From the NCBI RefSeq assembly GCF_003231495.1, contig NZ_PQWO01000007.1, forward strand, positions 210,001 to 242,000: a stretch of 32,000 bases of DNA. Reading direction: 5' to 3'. Both the position numbers and the translations under genes were made by a program. Source of the DNA: Acaryochloris thomasi RCC1774 (GTDB lineage Bacteria > Cyanobacteriota > Cyanobacteriia > Thermosynechococcales > Thermosynechococcaceae). Every line of letters starts with the position of its first letter. Position 1 is the first letter of the stretch. Positions 17,716 through 26,156 of this stretch are shown piece after piece. The notes under the pieces are model-generated. The model was not told the DNA's origin. It saw nothing but the letters and a program-made list of their open reading frames with translations, and made no database searches.

Positions 17716-19431
17716 ATGTCAATGATGACGCCAAATTTGTGGCTGTATCGATCTTTATCGCGGTTTAGGTGGCTGTGGGGCTATAAGAGCAAAATCATGG
17801 TTGTTGCCTTTGTCGGTATCCATGTGCCTCTGTTGACCTTGCTGGTTAGTTTTTTGGTGTCATCGACTTTCCCGATGGGGCTTACCGTCCGAGTGCTCAT
17901 AATTGGGCTTTGTGCGACTCTGGCCGGGACCATCTGTACGCTTTATGCGCTCCGTGATTTATTAGCCCCGGTGGTTCTAACCGCTAAGAGTCTGCGTGAT
18001 TATGCCAATCTCAGGGCGTTGCCCAATCTGCCCACGGAGTTCTCTGATGAAGTGGGACTGCTCATGAGCAATACCTCTCGAACGATCCAACAGTTGGATC
18101 AAGTGATTCACTACATGGCAAGCTATGACGATCTCACTGGCTTGCCCAATCAAACTCTCTTGTCTAGCCGCCTGCAGCAAAGGCTCTCTCATGCGCAGCA
18201 GAAGCATCAATTCTTTGCTGTCTCATCTTTTGCCATCGGGAATCTAGACGCGGTTTATAGTGCGTTTGGCAAAGAGAGCAGTGAGTCCTTTGTTAGGGCC
18301 GTTGCTCAGCGCCTTAGTCTGCAGTTCCATGAGTCCGTTCTTTTTTCTTACTTGGGCGGTGGCTTATTCACCGCTGTTCAGACCCATTCTGAAGAGTCAA
18401 CAAATCGAGCTGTCCTGGCCCAAACGATTCTCGAAGCGCTGCAGGAACCTTTCATGCTTGATGAGCAAGAAATCTATGCGGTCGTGAATATAGGCACGAG
18501 TGTCTACCCCTATGACAGTACTGAGATCAATCAACTGCTGCAGCATGCCAATGCTGCCCTGAATCAGGCCAAGCAATTGGGGCGAAATACCCATCAGTTT
18601 TTTGCCTCTGAAATGAATGTCAAACTGCAGGAGCGCCTCAGTCTTGAAAATGAACTGCGCTGCGCCCTCGCTAGAAATGAACTGCAGCTTCACTATCAAC
18701 CTCGGGTCGAGACTCAGAGCGGTCGCATTGTGGCGGTTGAGGCGCTCCTGCGCTGGCATAGTCCAACTCGGGGCTGGGTTTCTCCTGGAACCTTCATCCC
18801 CATTGCTGAAGACAGCGGCCTCATTCTGTCGCTTGGAACCTGGATTCTCAAAACGGCCTGTCGCCAGAATCGACTGTGGCAGGAGGCGGGCTTACCTCCC
18901 ATTCGCATGGCGGTTAATTTATCGGTTCATCAGCTGCGGCAAGATAACTTTGGGGCATTGGTGGGGGATATTTTGGCGGAAACTCAACTAGATGCCGCGT
19001 CGCTGGAGTTAGAGGTAACCGAAAGTCTGATGATGGACAATATGCAACAGTCCATCGATACTTTGCAGGCGCTGGGTGATCGGGGCATTACTTTGGCGCT
19101 AGATGATTTCGGTACAGGGTACTCCTCTCTTAGCTATCTGCGACGATTCCCGATTGATACGCTCAAGATTGATCAGTCCTTCGTTCAGAATGTTTTGTCT
19201 GATGTTGGGGATGCTGCGATTACCAAAACGATCATTGCCCTTGCCCAAAATCTACAGCTCAACATCACTGCAGAGGGTGTCGAAACGCAGGAACAGTTCG
19301 AGTTCATCAAGTCGCAGGGATGTGATGAGGTTCAGGGCTTTTACTTTAGCCGTCCGATCTTGGCCGATCATTTGACTGACCTACTGCAGAATGGTGCCAA
19401 TTTATCTAAGCAAAGTGCGCCGATGTCTTAA
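17716..19431 (+). CDS. membrane-anchored degenerate-GGDEF / EAL c-di-GMP phosphodiesterase
   Basis: It has two N-terminal TM helices. The GGDEF-fold region has the signature replaced by 'GGGLF' (nt 18355-18369). The EAL domain is complete: EALLRW, NLS, EVTES, DDFGTGYSSLSYL, KIDQSF, EGVET, QGFYFS. The ORF track starts at GTG 17686, and the first ATG is 17716. Confidence 0.88.
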   Translation: MSMMTPNLWLYRSLSRFRWLWGYKSKIMVVAFVGIHVPLLTLLVSFLVSSTFPMGLTVRVLIIGLCATLAGTICTLYALRDLLAPVVLTAKSLRDYANLRALPNLPTEFSDEVGLLMSNTSRTIQQLDQVIHYMASYDDLTGLPNQTLLSSRLQQRLSHAQQKHQFFAVSSFAIGNLDAVYSAFGKESSESFVRAVAQRLSLQFHESVLFSYLGGGLFTAVQTHSEESTNRAVLAQTILEALQEPFMLDEQEIYAVVNIGTSVYPYDSTEINQLLQHANAALNQAKQLGRNTHQFFASEMNVKLQERLSLENELRCALARNELQLHYQPRVETQSGRIVAVEALLRWHSPTRGWVSPGTFIPIAEDSGLILSLGTWILKTACRQNRLWQEAGLPPIRMAVNLSVHQLRQDNFGALVGDILAETQLDAASLELEVTESLMMDNMQQSIDTLQALGDRGITLALDDFGTGYSSLSYLRRFPIDTLKIDQSFVQNVLSDVGDAAITKTIIALAQNLQLNITAEGVETQEQFEFIKSQGCDEVQGFYFSRPILADHLTDLLQNGANLSKQSAPMS

Positions 19432-19503
19432 AGATCTGAGGCTGGGGCGACGACAGTAACGAGCCTTACTAATACACGCTCTTGCCCTTTATGCGCTCTG
19501 GGC

Positions 19504-20013
19504 CTAGGGTTTTTCTTCTGTTAACAGTAATGTCTCAACATAGTCTTTCGATTCTCGAAGCCCCCAGCCGGTTTGTTCTCGAACGCGCTTGATGGCTACA
19601 ATCTTCTGACCATTTAGGACTAACTGTCGCACTTCTGCGTCTCTGTCTACCGAGAGATTTTGGGCTAGAGGCATTGGAGACGTTGATGTTTGGCTAACAG
19701 TGTCTAACTCGCTCACTGGATGCGTCAGGTCCTCTGCATATTGCTTCGCTTGCTTGAGGCTCCAGCCTGTCTGCTCGCGGATCAGTTTGATTGCCAGAAT
19801 TTTGTGACCTTTGATCAGCAGATCTTGAGCTTCTGCATTGAGAGAGGGCCAGGATGGATGTGACGGATTGCCAGCGTTAGGGGACAGGGGCGGCTGACAT
19901 TTTTGTTGAACGTGAGGCGCATTCGCGGCCCTTTGGCCTTGTTTCGGCTGGAGGATCCACCAGATAAAGATCATGAATAAGATGGCGGCACCCACAATCC
20001 AAACGACACTCAT
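19504..20013 (-). CDS. membrane-anchored protein with two ribosomal-protein-L7/L12-C-terminal-like repeats
   Basis: The N-terminal TM helix is 'VVWIVGAAILFMIFIWWIL'. The two internal repeats are 'LLIKGHKILAIKLIREQTGWSLKQAKQYAEDL' and 'LVLNGQKIVAIKRVREQTGWGLRESKDYVETL'. They resemble the L7/L12 CTD segment '[24 protein letters not shown]'. Confidence 0.65.
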   Translation of the reverse strand: MSVVWIVGAAILFMIFIWWILQPKQGQRAANAPHVQQKCQPPLSPNAGNPSHPSWPSLNAEAQDLLIKGHKILAIKLIREQTGWSLKQAKQYAEDLTHPVSELDTVSQTSTSPMPLAQNLSVDRDAEVRQLVLNGQKIVAIKRVREQTGWGLRESKDYVETLLLTEEKP

Positions 20014-20322
20014 TGTTTAACCCCCTGCAAGAGCTGCTCTCATCAAGTCCAGTATGCCAATAATGAGGGCTTCTGCTATCAGTGAAAAGGAGCAGAGATC
20101 CATTATTAGGGGCGAACTGTCGGTTCGTTTAGAGTGCCTCTACCGATTTCGCGGGTCTTTTCTTAACGTGGCCTCAGGTTCGTTCTCATTAAATCGATCT
20201 AAAGTACTACATGGGGTGGGAGTAAAGATCCTAGAAGCTCAAAGAGGATCAAAATAGGATCGGTACTGGCTTGTGTAACTGAATGGCTTTGAGCCATGGT
20301 TACGGAAAATTGGGTGAGGCTA

Positions 20323-20346
20323 AGTCTCTGGTCGTTATTAGAGACT
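20323..20346. promoter_or_regulatory. inverted repeat AGTCTCT-n10-AGAGACT upstream of the RND operon
   Basis: 7-bp arms, lying 39 nt upstream of ATG 20385. There is no regulator gene in the window to assign to it. Confidence 0.2.
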
Positions 20347-20384
20347 AATCTTTTGGAAATTGCTGTAGGCAGAATGATTAGAGG

Positions 20385-21878
20385 ATGTTCTTTAATCTCT
20401 TGGCGCTGAGGTTGCGCTTGTTGACGGTGGGGCTGGTGATCCTAACCACGGCCTGTGGTACGGTCAGTGCTTCTGATGAGGCTAATGCGCCCCCAACGTC
20501 TGATGTGATTGCCGTGGATGTTGCGATCGCAACTCCCAATAAAACCCAGTCTGCTATCTATACCGGAACGACGGCACCGATTCGGGAAGTCTTGTTGCGA
20601 TCGCAAATCCAAGGCCAGCTGCAGCGGCTGAGCGTGAAAGTGGGCGATCGCATCCAGCAGGGCCAGGTTCTGGGACAGCAGGATGACGACGTGCTCACCG
20701 GATCTGTGAACGAAGCCCGTGCCCAGCGTGAAGCCCAGGTGGCAGAGGTTGCCAGTGCCCGCAGCCAGGTGGGAGCTGTCAGTACCCAAGTTGAACAGGC
20801 TCGTTTGGGCTTGGTGCAGGCAAAAGGAAACATCCTGCAGCTTCAGAATGCTGTGCGGGCGCGTACTGAAGAGGCCCGCCTCCAGGTGCGGCAAACGCAA
20901 TCAGACGCCGTTCGCCTGACTCAGCTTGCTAAAGACGGTGCTATCTCCGAGCAACGGGCAGAACAAGCCCGCACCCAAGCCCAGCAGGCTCAACAGAACT
21001 TGGTCAATATCCAGGCCAGCGGTATTCAAGAGATCACTCAGGCTCAAACAGCCGTCAAAACAGCGGCCCAGGTGCTACAGGCGGCAGAATCCCAAGTGGC
21101 CATGGAGCAAGGCACCGTTGATGCGGCTCAAATGCGCGTACTGGCTCAGCAATCCGTTCTCAACCAAGCTCAAAAACAGCGCACCAACGCTGTGCTGACG
21201 GCTCCCCTAACGGGAATTGTGATGGAGCGTCTGGCTGAAGAAGGAAATTTGCTGCAGGCTGGGGATGAAGTTCTCCGTCTGGGTGACTTTAAGCAGGTCA
21301 AAGTCATTGTCCAAGTTTCAGAACGCTTGCTGTCTCAGTTGCGCGTTGGTCAACAGACTCAAATTACCTTGGATGCCTTTCCGCAGCGTAACTTCAGCGG
21401 TAAAATCACCCGAATTTCACCCCTTGCTAACTCCGCTCGTCTGCTGCCGGTGGAAATTGTAATGGCCAATAACGGTAAGATCGGCAGCGGTCTATTGGCG
21501 CGGGTGAGCTTTGTTCAACCCCAACAGCAGCGGGTGTGGATTCCTGAGACAGCGCTGCAAACGAATGGGGGCCGCAGGCGGCCATCCACGGGGAAAGCAC
21601 CCCAGGCTTCGCCCGGATCAAATTCCCATGCGGATTCCGCTGCTCAAAAGCCTGATTCAATCGAGAACCAAGCCACTCTATTTGTGCTGGAGACAGAGAG
21701 TCCCGAGCCTCGCGTTGCTTCTCGCTCTGTGGTTTTGGGGGAGCGTCGGAATGGTCAAGTTGAGATCATTCAGGGATTGAGTCCGGGGGAGTCCTTCGTG
21801 AGCCGCAGCAGTGAGCCGCTCAAGGATCAGACTGCCGTGAGCCTCAGCGCCATTTCAGAATCACCGGAGAACCGCTAG
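20385..21878 (+). CDS. RND efflux periplasmic adaptor (membrane fusion protein, HlyD family)
   Basis: It has a signal/anchor with the lipobox-like 'LTTAC'. The lipoyl-like half-motifs are 'LRSQIQGQLQRLSVKVGDRIQQGQVLGQ' and 'LTAPLTGIVMERLAEEGNLLQAGDEVLRL', flanking a long Q/A-rich coiled-coil hairpin. Its stop overlaps the pump start (TAGTG). Confidence 0.88.
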   Translation: MFFNLLALRLRLLTVGLVILTTACGTVSASDEANAPPTSDVIAVDVAIATPNKTQSAIYTGTTAPIREVLLRSQIQGQLQRLSVKVGDRIQQGQVLGQQDDDVLTGSVNEARAQREAQVAEVASARSQVGAVSTQVEQARLGLVQAKGNILQLQNAVRARTEEARLQVRQTQSDAVRLTQLAKDGAISEQRAEQARTQAQQAQQNLVNIQASGIQEITQAQTAVKTAAQVLQAAESQVAMEQGTVDAAQMRVLAQQSVLNQAQKQRTNAVLTAPLTGIVMERLAEEGNLLQAGDEVLRLGDFKQVKVIVQVSERLLSQLRVGQQTQITLDAFPQRNFSGKITRISPLANSARLLPVEIVMANNGKIGSGLLARVSFVQPQQQRVWIPETALQTNGGRRRPSTGKAPQASPGSNSHADSAAQKPDSIENQATLFVLETESPEPRVASRSVVLGERRNGQVEIIQGLSPGESFVSRSSEPLKDQTAVSLSAISESPENR

Positions 21879-24800
21879 TGGAGCGCTCCTTTAGCCTCAG
21901 CACTCTTTCTATTCGACGACACATCGGTATCTCAATGCTGACGTTGGCCGTTGTGGTTTTGGGGGTCTTCTTCCTTTCGACCCTGCAGGTGGATCTGCTG
22001 CCTGCGATTACCTATCCCCGCATTGGGGTTCGCATCGATGCCCCCGGTGTTTCACCCGAGGTGGCGGTGGACGAGGTGACGGAGCCTTTAGAAGAAGCCC
22101 TTGCGGCCACGGAAGGCGTGGTGCAGGTGTACTCGCAAACGCGGGAAGGGCGGATCAGTCTTGATCTGTTTTTTCAGCCCGGTGGCGATATTGATCAGGC
22201 GCTTAATGACGCGACGGCCACCCTCAATCGCGCCCGTGGCGGTTTGCCCGATACGATTGAGCAGCCCCGCCTCTTTAAGTTTGATCCCTCACAGCTTCCG
22301 GTCTATGAGCTGGCCTTAACCTCGCCTGGATTAACGAAGTCACAACTGCGCGTCTTCGCGGAAGAAACTCTGGTACGGGAGCTGGGGATTGTCCCCGGCG
22401 TGTCTTCGGTGGAGGTCTCGGGTGCAGCTCCTGAAGAGGTGCGGATCAATGTCGATCTCAACCGATTACAGGCGGTTGGGGTGGGGCTGACCTCGGTGCT
22501 CGATGTCCTTCGCCAGCGTAATCAAGATACCTCGGGGGGCCGTTTGCAGGGGAACCTGGCCGAGCCTCTAACGCGAACGGTGGGCCAGTTTAAGTCTGTA
22601 CCTGAGATTGAAAACTTGATTTTAAATGGGGCAGCGGGAACCGGCTCGAATGATGAATCTGACGGAGCGGCGACAGCCGGACAGCAAATCTATTTACGAG
22701 ATGTGGCAGACGTCATTGATGGCGCTGCTGAACAGCGGGTCTTCGTTAACCTCAACCAGACGCCTGCGGTCAAGGTGAGCCTGCAAAAGCAGCCCGACGC
22801 CAATACCGTAGAGGTGGTGGATGGCGTTAAGGCCCAGCTTGATTATCTGCGCCAGCAGGGCAGCATTCCTAGCGGCATGGTGATTATTCCGACGCTGGAT
22901 GAGGCGGTGTTTATTCGTAACGCGATTCGCAACGTTGCGATCGCAGGTCTGAGCGGCATGGTGCTAGCCACGCTGGCTGTTCTACTGTTCTTGGGTTCCC
23001 TGCGACAGACCCTGATTATTGTGCTGGCGATCCCCTTGGCAACCCTGGGGGCGATTATTCTCATGCGGCTCTTTGGCCTGTCGCTGAATGTCTTTAGTCT
23101 AGGGGGCTTGGCGCTTGGGGTCGGCATTGTCGTAGACAACTCCATTGTCATGCTGGAGACCATCGTTCAGGGGACGCGTTCGTCCAGGCATGCCGGTTCC
23201 CAGGCACTGCTGAGACAGGCAGAGCAGAGCAGTCGTCAGGTAGAGTCAGCCTTGGTGGCCTCCACCAGTACGAATTTAGTTGCAGTTCTGCCGTTTTTGC
23301 TCATTGGTGGCTTCATTGCTCTGCTGTTTAATGAGCTGCTGCTCACGATCAGCTTCGCCATTGCCACCTCGATTTTGATTGCCCTCACGGTTGTGCCGAT
23401 GATGGCCTCTCGCTTGCTCACGATTCGCTGGTCGAGTCGGGTGGGGCAATCCTGGTTTTTAGTGACCTTTCGAGAGCAGTTTGAGCGAGCGACCCGTAGC
23501 TATCAGGGAAGCTTGGCGCGAGTTTTGCGGTGGCGATGGGGCGTGGTTGCGATCGCAACCCTGATCCTAGGCGGCAGCAGTCTGTTGATGTTCGATCAAA
23601 TCCCGCAAGAAATTTTGCCCCCCATCAACACGGGGCAAGCCTCTTTCTCTGCTCGATTTCCTCCTGGCACCACCCTAGAGCAGAACCGCATCGTCACCGC
23701 CCGCGTCGAAGAAATCTTGGCGGAGCAGCCCGAGACCGACTATGCCTTCATCACGGCGGGTGGTTTTTTGTTTGGAACGAATGTCTCTGAAAATCCTCAG
23801 CGGGCCAACGGCACCATTACCCTGAAGCCGAATACCGATGTTGAAGCCTTTGCTGAGCGGGTGGGGCAAGCCGTTGAAAAACTCAACCTTGTTGATATTC
23901 GCATTGGTATTCGGCCTGGACGGGTGCGCGGTTTGATTACCAGCAACTCCCCCATTCGCGGTGCCGATCTCGATATCCTACTGCAGGGCAGCGATTCTCG
24001 CACCTTAAATCAGGCGGGGTTGATGGTGATCGGATTGCTGGATGAACAAGTCTCCGCAGCCCAATTTCAGCCCGACAACGATCCTCGGCAGTCTGAGCTG
24101 CAAATATACCCCGACTGGGAACGCGTCGCAGCGTTAGGACTCTCGGCACAGCAGATTGGTGACACTGTTCACACTGCTGTGGATGGACTAGTGCCGACGC
24201 AGCTTCAGCGCGACAACCGCCTCGTCGACATTCGCGTCCAGCTTGATCCGGCCTCTATTCGAACAGAGGAGCAGCTCGCGCAACTGCCGCTGTTTGCCAC
24301 CGGGAACCAGCAAATTCGCCTAGCGGATGTTGCCAGAATTGAACCCGGTCAAGCTCCCGTTGAGATTAAGCGCATTAACCAGCGGCCCGTTTACCTGATT
24401 GCGGGTAACTTAGAAGATGGGGCGCGTCTGAGTGATGCCATCAAGGAAGTCGAGACGGCTTTTGCCGGTCTAGATCTCCCCGCTGGTGTGGCGCGGTTGC
24501 CAAGCACCATTGCCCAGAGCAATCAAGAACTACAGCAATCGCTCCAGCTTTTGGGAGGGCTGGCGGTGTTTTTGGTGTTCGTCGTCATGGCCGTGCAGTA
24601 CAACTCGCTGATTGATCCTCTGGTAATTCTGTTCACAATTCCGCTGGCGCTCACGGGAGGAATCTTTGGCCTTTACGTTAGCCAAACCTCGATGGGAGCC
24701 ACGGTGATTGTGGGCGTGGTCCTACTGGTGGGGATTGTGGTGAATAACGCCATCATTATGGTGGAGCTGGCGAATCAAATCTATGTCCAATCGAATCAAG

Positions 24801-25117
24801 ATCGCCAAGCGGCTATTCTGCAGGCGGCTCCCCAGCGACTTAAGCCTATTTTGATGACCACAATGACCACGGTGTTGGGGATGTTTCCGCTGGCGCTGGG
24901 CATTGGTCAAGGGTCGGAATTCCTGCAGCCGTTGGGCATTGTGGTGTTTGCTGGTCTTTCGCTGGCGACGTTGCTGACGCTGTTTATTATTCCCTGTGTG
25001 TATCTAATGCTGCATGATGATCTGCCGCGGCGGTCTCGTCCTCAAGCAAGGCAGCCCTCCTTTCCTCTTGCTGCATCTCGCGTGATCTTGAAAGGCAAGG
25101 GTCGTCGGATAAAGTAG
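21878..25117 (+). CDS. RND efflux transporter permease (AcrB/AcrD/AcrF superfamily)
   Basis: 1079 aa with the pseudo-twofold 12-TM plan. The N-terminus 'SIRRHIGISMLTLAVVVLGV' is typical, and the TM4-like and TM10-like segments are 'GIVVDNSIVMLE' and 'GIVVNNAIIMVE'. It also has 'RLKPILMTTMTTVLGMFPLAL'. The GTG start overlaps the adaptor stop by 1 nt. Confidence 0.95.
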   Translation: MERSFSLSTLSIRRHIGISMLTLAVVVLGVFFLSTLQVDLLPAITYPRIGVRIDAPGVSPEVAVDEVTEPLEEALAATEGVVQVYSQTREGRISLDLFFQPGGDIDQALNDATATLNRARGGLPDTIEQPRLFKFDPSQLPVYELALTSPGLTKSQLRVFAEETLVRELGIVPGVSSVEVSGAAPEEVRINVDLNRLQAVGVGLTSVLDVLRQRNQDTSGGRLQGNLAEPLTRTVGQFKSVPEIENLILNGAAGTGSNDESDGAATAGQQIYLRDVADVIDGAAEQRVFVNLNQTPAVKVSLQKQPDANTVEVVDGVKAQLDYLRQQGSIPSGMVIIPTLDEAVFIRNAIRNVAIAGLSGMVLATLAVLLFLGSLRQTLIIVLAIPLATLGAIILMRLFGLSLNVFSLGGLALGVGIVVDNSIVMLETIVQGTRSSRHAGSQALLRQAEQSSRQVESALVASTSTNLVAVLPFLLIGGFIALLFNELLLTISFAIATSILIALTVVPMMASRLLTIRWSSRVGQSWFLVTFREQFERATRSYQGSLARVLRWRWGVVAIATLILGGSSLLMFDQIPQEILPPINTGQASFSARFPPGTTLEQNRIVTARVEEILAEQPETDYAFITAGGFLFGTNVSENPQRANGTITLKPNTDVEAFAERVGQAVEKLNLVDIRIGIRPGRVRGLITSNSPIRGADLDILLQGSDSRTLNQAGLMVIGLLDEQVSAAQFQPDNDPRQSELQIYPDWERVAALGLSAQQIGDTVHTAVDGLVPTQLQRDNRLVDIRVQLDPASIRTEEQLAQLPLFATGNQQIRLADVARIEPGQAPVEIKRINQRPVYLIAGNLEDGARLSDAIKEVETAFAGLDLPAGVARLPSTIAQSNQELQQSLQLLGGLAVFLVFVVMAVQYNSLIDPLVILFTIPLALTGGIFGLYVSQTSMGATVIVGVVLLVGIVVNNAIIMVELANQIYVQSNQDRQAAILQAAPQRLKPILMTTMTTVLGMFPLALGIGQGSEFLQPLGIVVFAGLSLATLLTLFIIPCVYLMLHDDLPRRSRPQARQPSFPLAASRVILKGKGRRIK

Positions 25118-25123
25118 CTTGTC

Positions 25124-25651
25124 CTATAGCCGAGTTTCTTTGTCGATCAGATGGGCCTCCAGGAACCACAAACGCATGTCCGCAGTGCGCGAGATTTCGG
25201 TGTACAGATCTGCTGTGTCTGAATCGCCTGCCTCTTCTGTAGATGAGATCGCATCTCTCACATGACGGGCATAGGTAGCATAGGCATCTGCCAGCGCTTG
25301 CACATGCTCAGACCCTGCCACCGCATTCATTGGATATTCTGACAGCAGTGATTCCGCTGCCGCCACTCGGGCCGTCCCTCGTGCGACGGATCCTAGTGCT
25401 GTGATTCGCTCAGCAACCATATCGACATAGCCTTCGATTTCGCCCGCAAGTTCATCGAATAGGTTGTGAAGCTGGTAGAAATCCATCCCCTTTACGTTCC
25501 AGTGGGCCTGCTTGATCTGAGTTTTGAGATCCAAGCTGGTGGCAAGGGTCAAACTCAGCGTATCCACAACCTGCTCACGGGTACCCATCGGTAAATCAAT
25601 ACGGCTGGGATAAAAGCGATGCTTCGTCGTTTTGTGAGTGCTTGCAACCAT
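25124..25651 (-). CDS. dps: Dps-family DNA-protection/ferritin-like protein
   Basis: 'LKTQIKQAHWNVKGMDFYQLHNLFDELAGEIEGYVDMVAERI' carries the Dps ferroxidase-site pattern HW.V.G..F..LH..FDE...D..AER. ATG 25651 is preceded by GAGGAA, 5 nt upstream. The ORF-track extension to 25816 is unlikely to be real. Confidence 0.9.
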   Translation of the reverse strand: MVASTHKTTKHRFYPSRIDLPMGTREQVVDTLSLTLATSLDLKTQIKQAHWNVKGMDFYQLHNLFDELAGEIEGYVDMVAERITALGSVARGTARVAAAESLLSEYPMNAVAGSEHVQALADAYATYARHVRDAISSTEEAGDSDTADLYTEISRTADMRLWFLEAHLIDKETRL

Positions 25652-25897
25652 GATGATTCCTCGTAGGGCAATGATATTGAGCTTAAACCGAAAATACGAC
25701 CTGTGCCGTACCCTAGACAACGACTCAGTGGGGCCAGACGTAATGTCACTATGGCCCAAATTATGAGGAGAAAAGCACAAGAGTCCAACAACGGCGAGCC
25801 TGCCGTCACTAGGCAAAAACTAAAAAGCTGTTGAACTCTTATCGTTTGAAACAATCGTTAGGCTGGGTAAACGCCGCAGCAGAAACAGATCAGGACG

Positions 25898-26156
25898 TCA
25901 ATGACTGAGCTCACTTTGAAGTTTCAAAACCTCAGTACCGTCTTCTTGCTCAATTAACGAGAGCCGGATTATTCTCGGAACCGTTGCGAGTCACTTCATT
26001 ACCTTTGATCTTACGTGTGATCGAAGAGTGATGGATCTCTTGAACCTTACCCTCCGCTTGTCTGTTTCCCCAGGCCCAAGTGACGTTCTGACCTTTAGCT
26101 GCTTTGATAAAAATGAGTGATAAGCAGACGCGAGCAGCTAGGGGTAAGTATGTCAT
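25898..26156 (-). pseudogene. DUF2945-like (HVA Tudor/SH3-like) small protein gene interrupted by a 1-nt frameshift
   Basis: Frame A (26156..25950) ends '...KGNEVTRNGSENNPALVN*'. The adjacent frame continues 'LIEQEDGTEVLKLQSELSH*' to 25898, which is the expected end of this small domain. The ATG overlaps the upstream gene's stop (ATGA at 26153-26156). Confidence 0.5.

Noticed and set aside
20054-20257. 67-aa ORF in the intergenic region before the RND operon
   Set aside because: It has no SD and no motif, and its composition is atypical. It lies in a probable promoter region.
22101-25169. Numerous 60-106-aa ORFs in alternative frames or antisense within the RND pump gene
   Set aside because: They are shadow ORFs of a long GC-rich gene and have no independent support.
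25669-25679. CAATGATATTG (CAAT-n3-ATTG) just upstream of dps, considered as a Fur/PerR box
   Set aside because: The arms are only 4 bp. It sits about 20 nt before the ATG and matches the 19-bp Fur consensus poorly. It is too short to call without comparative data.
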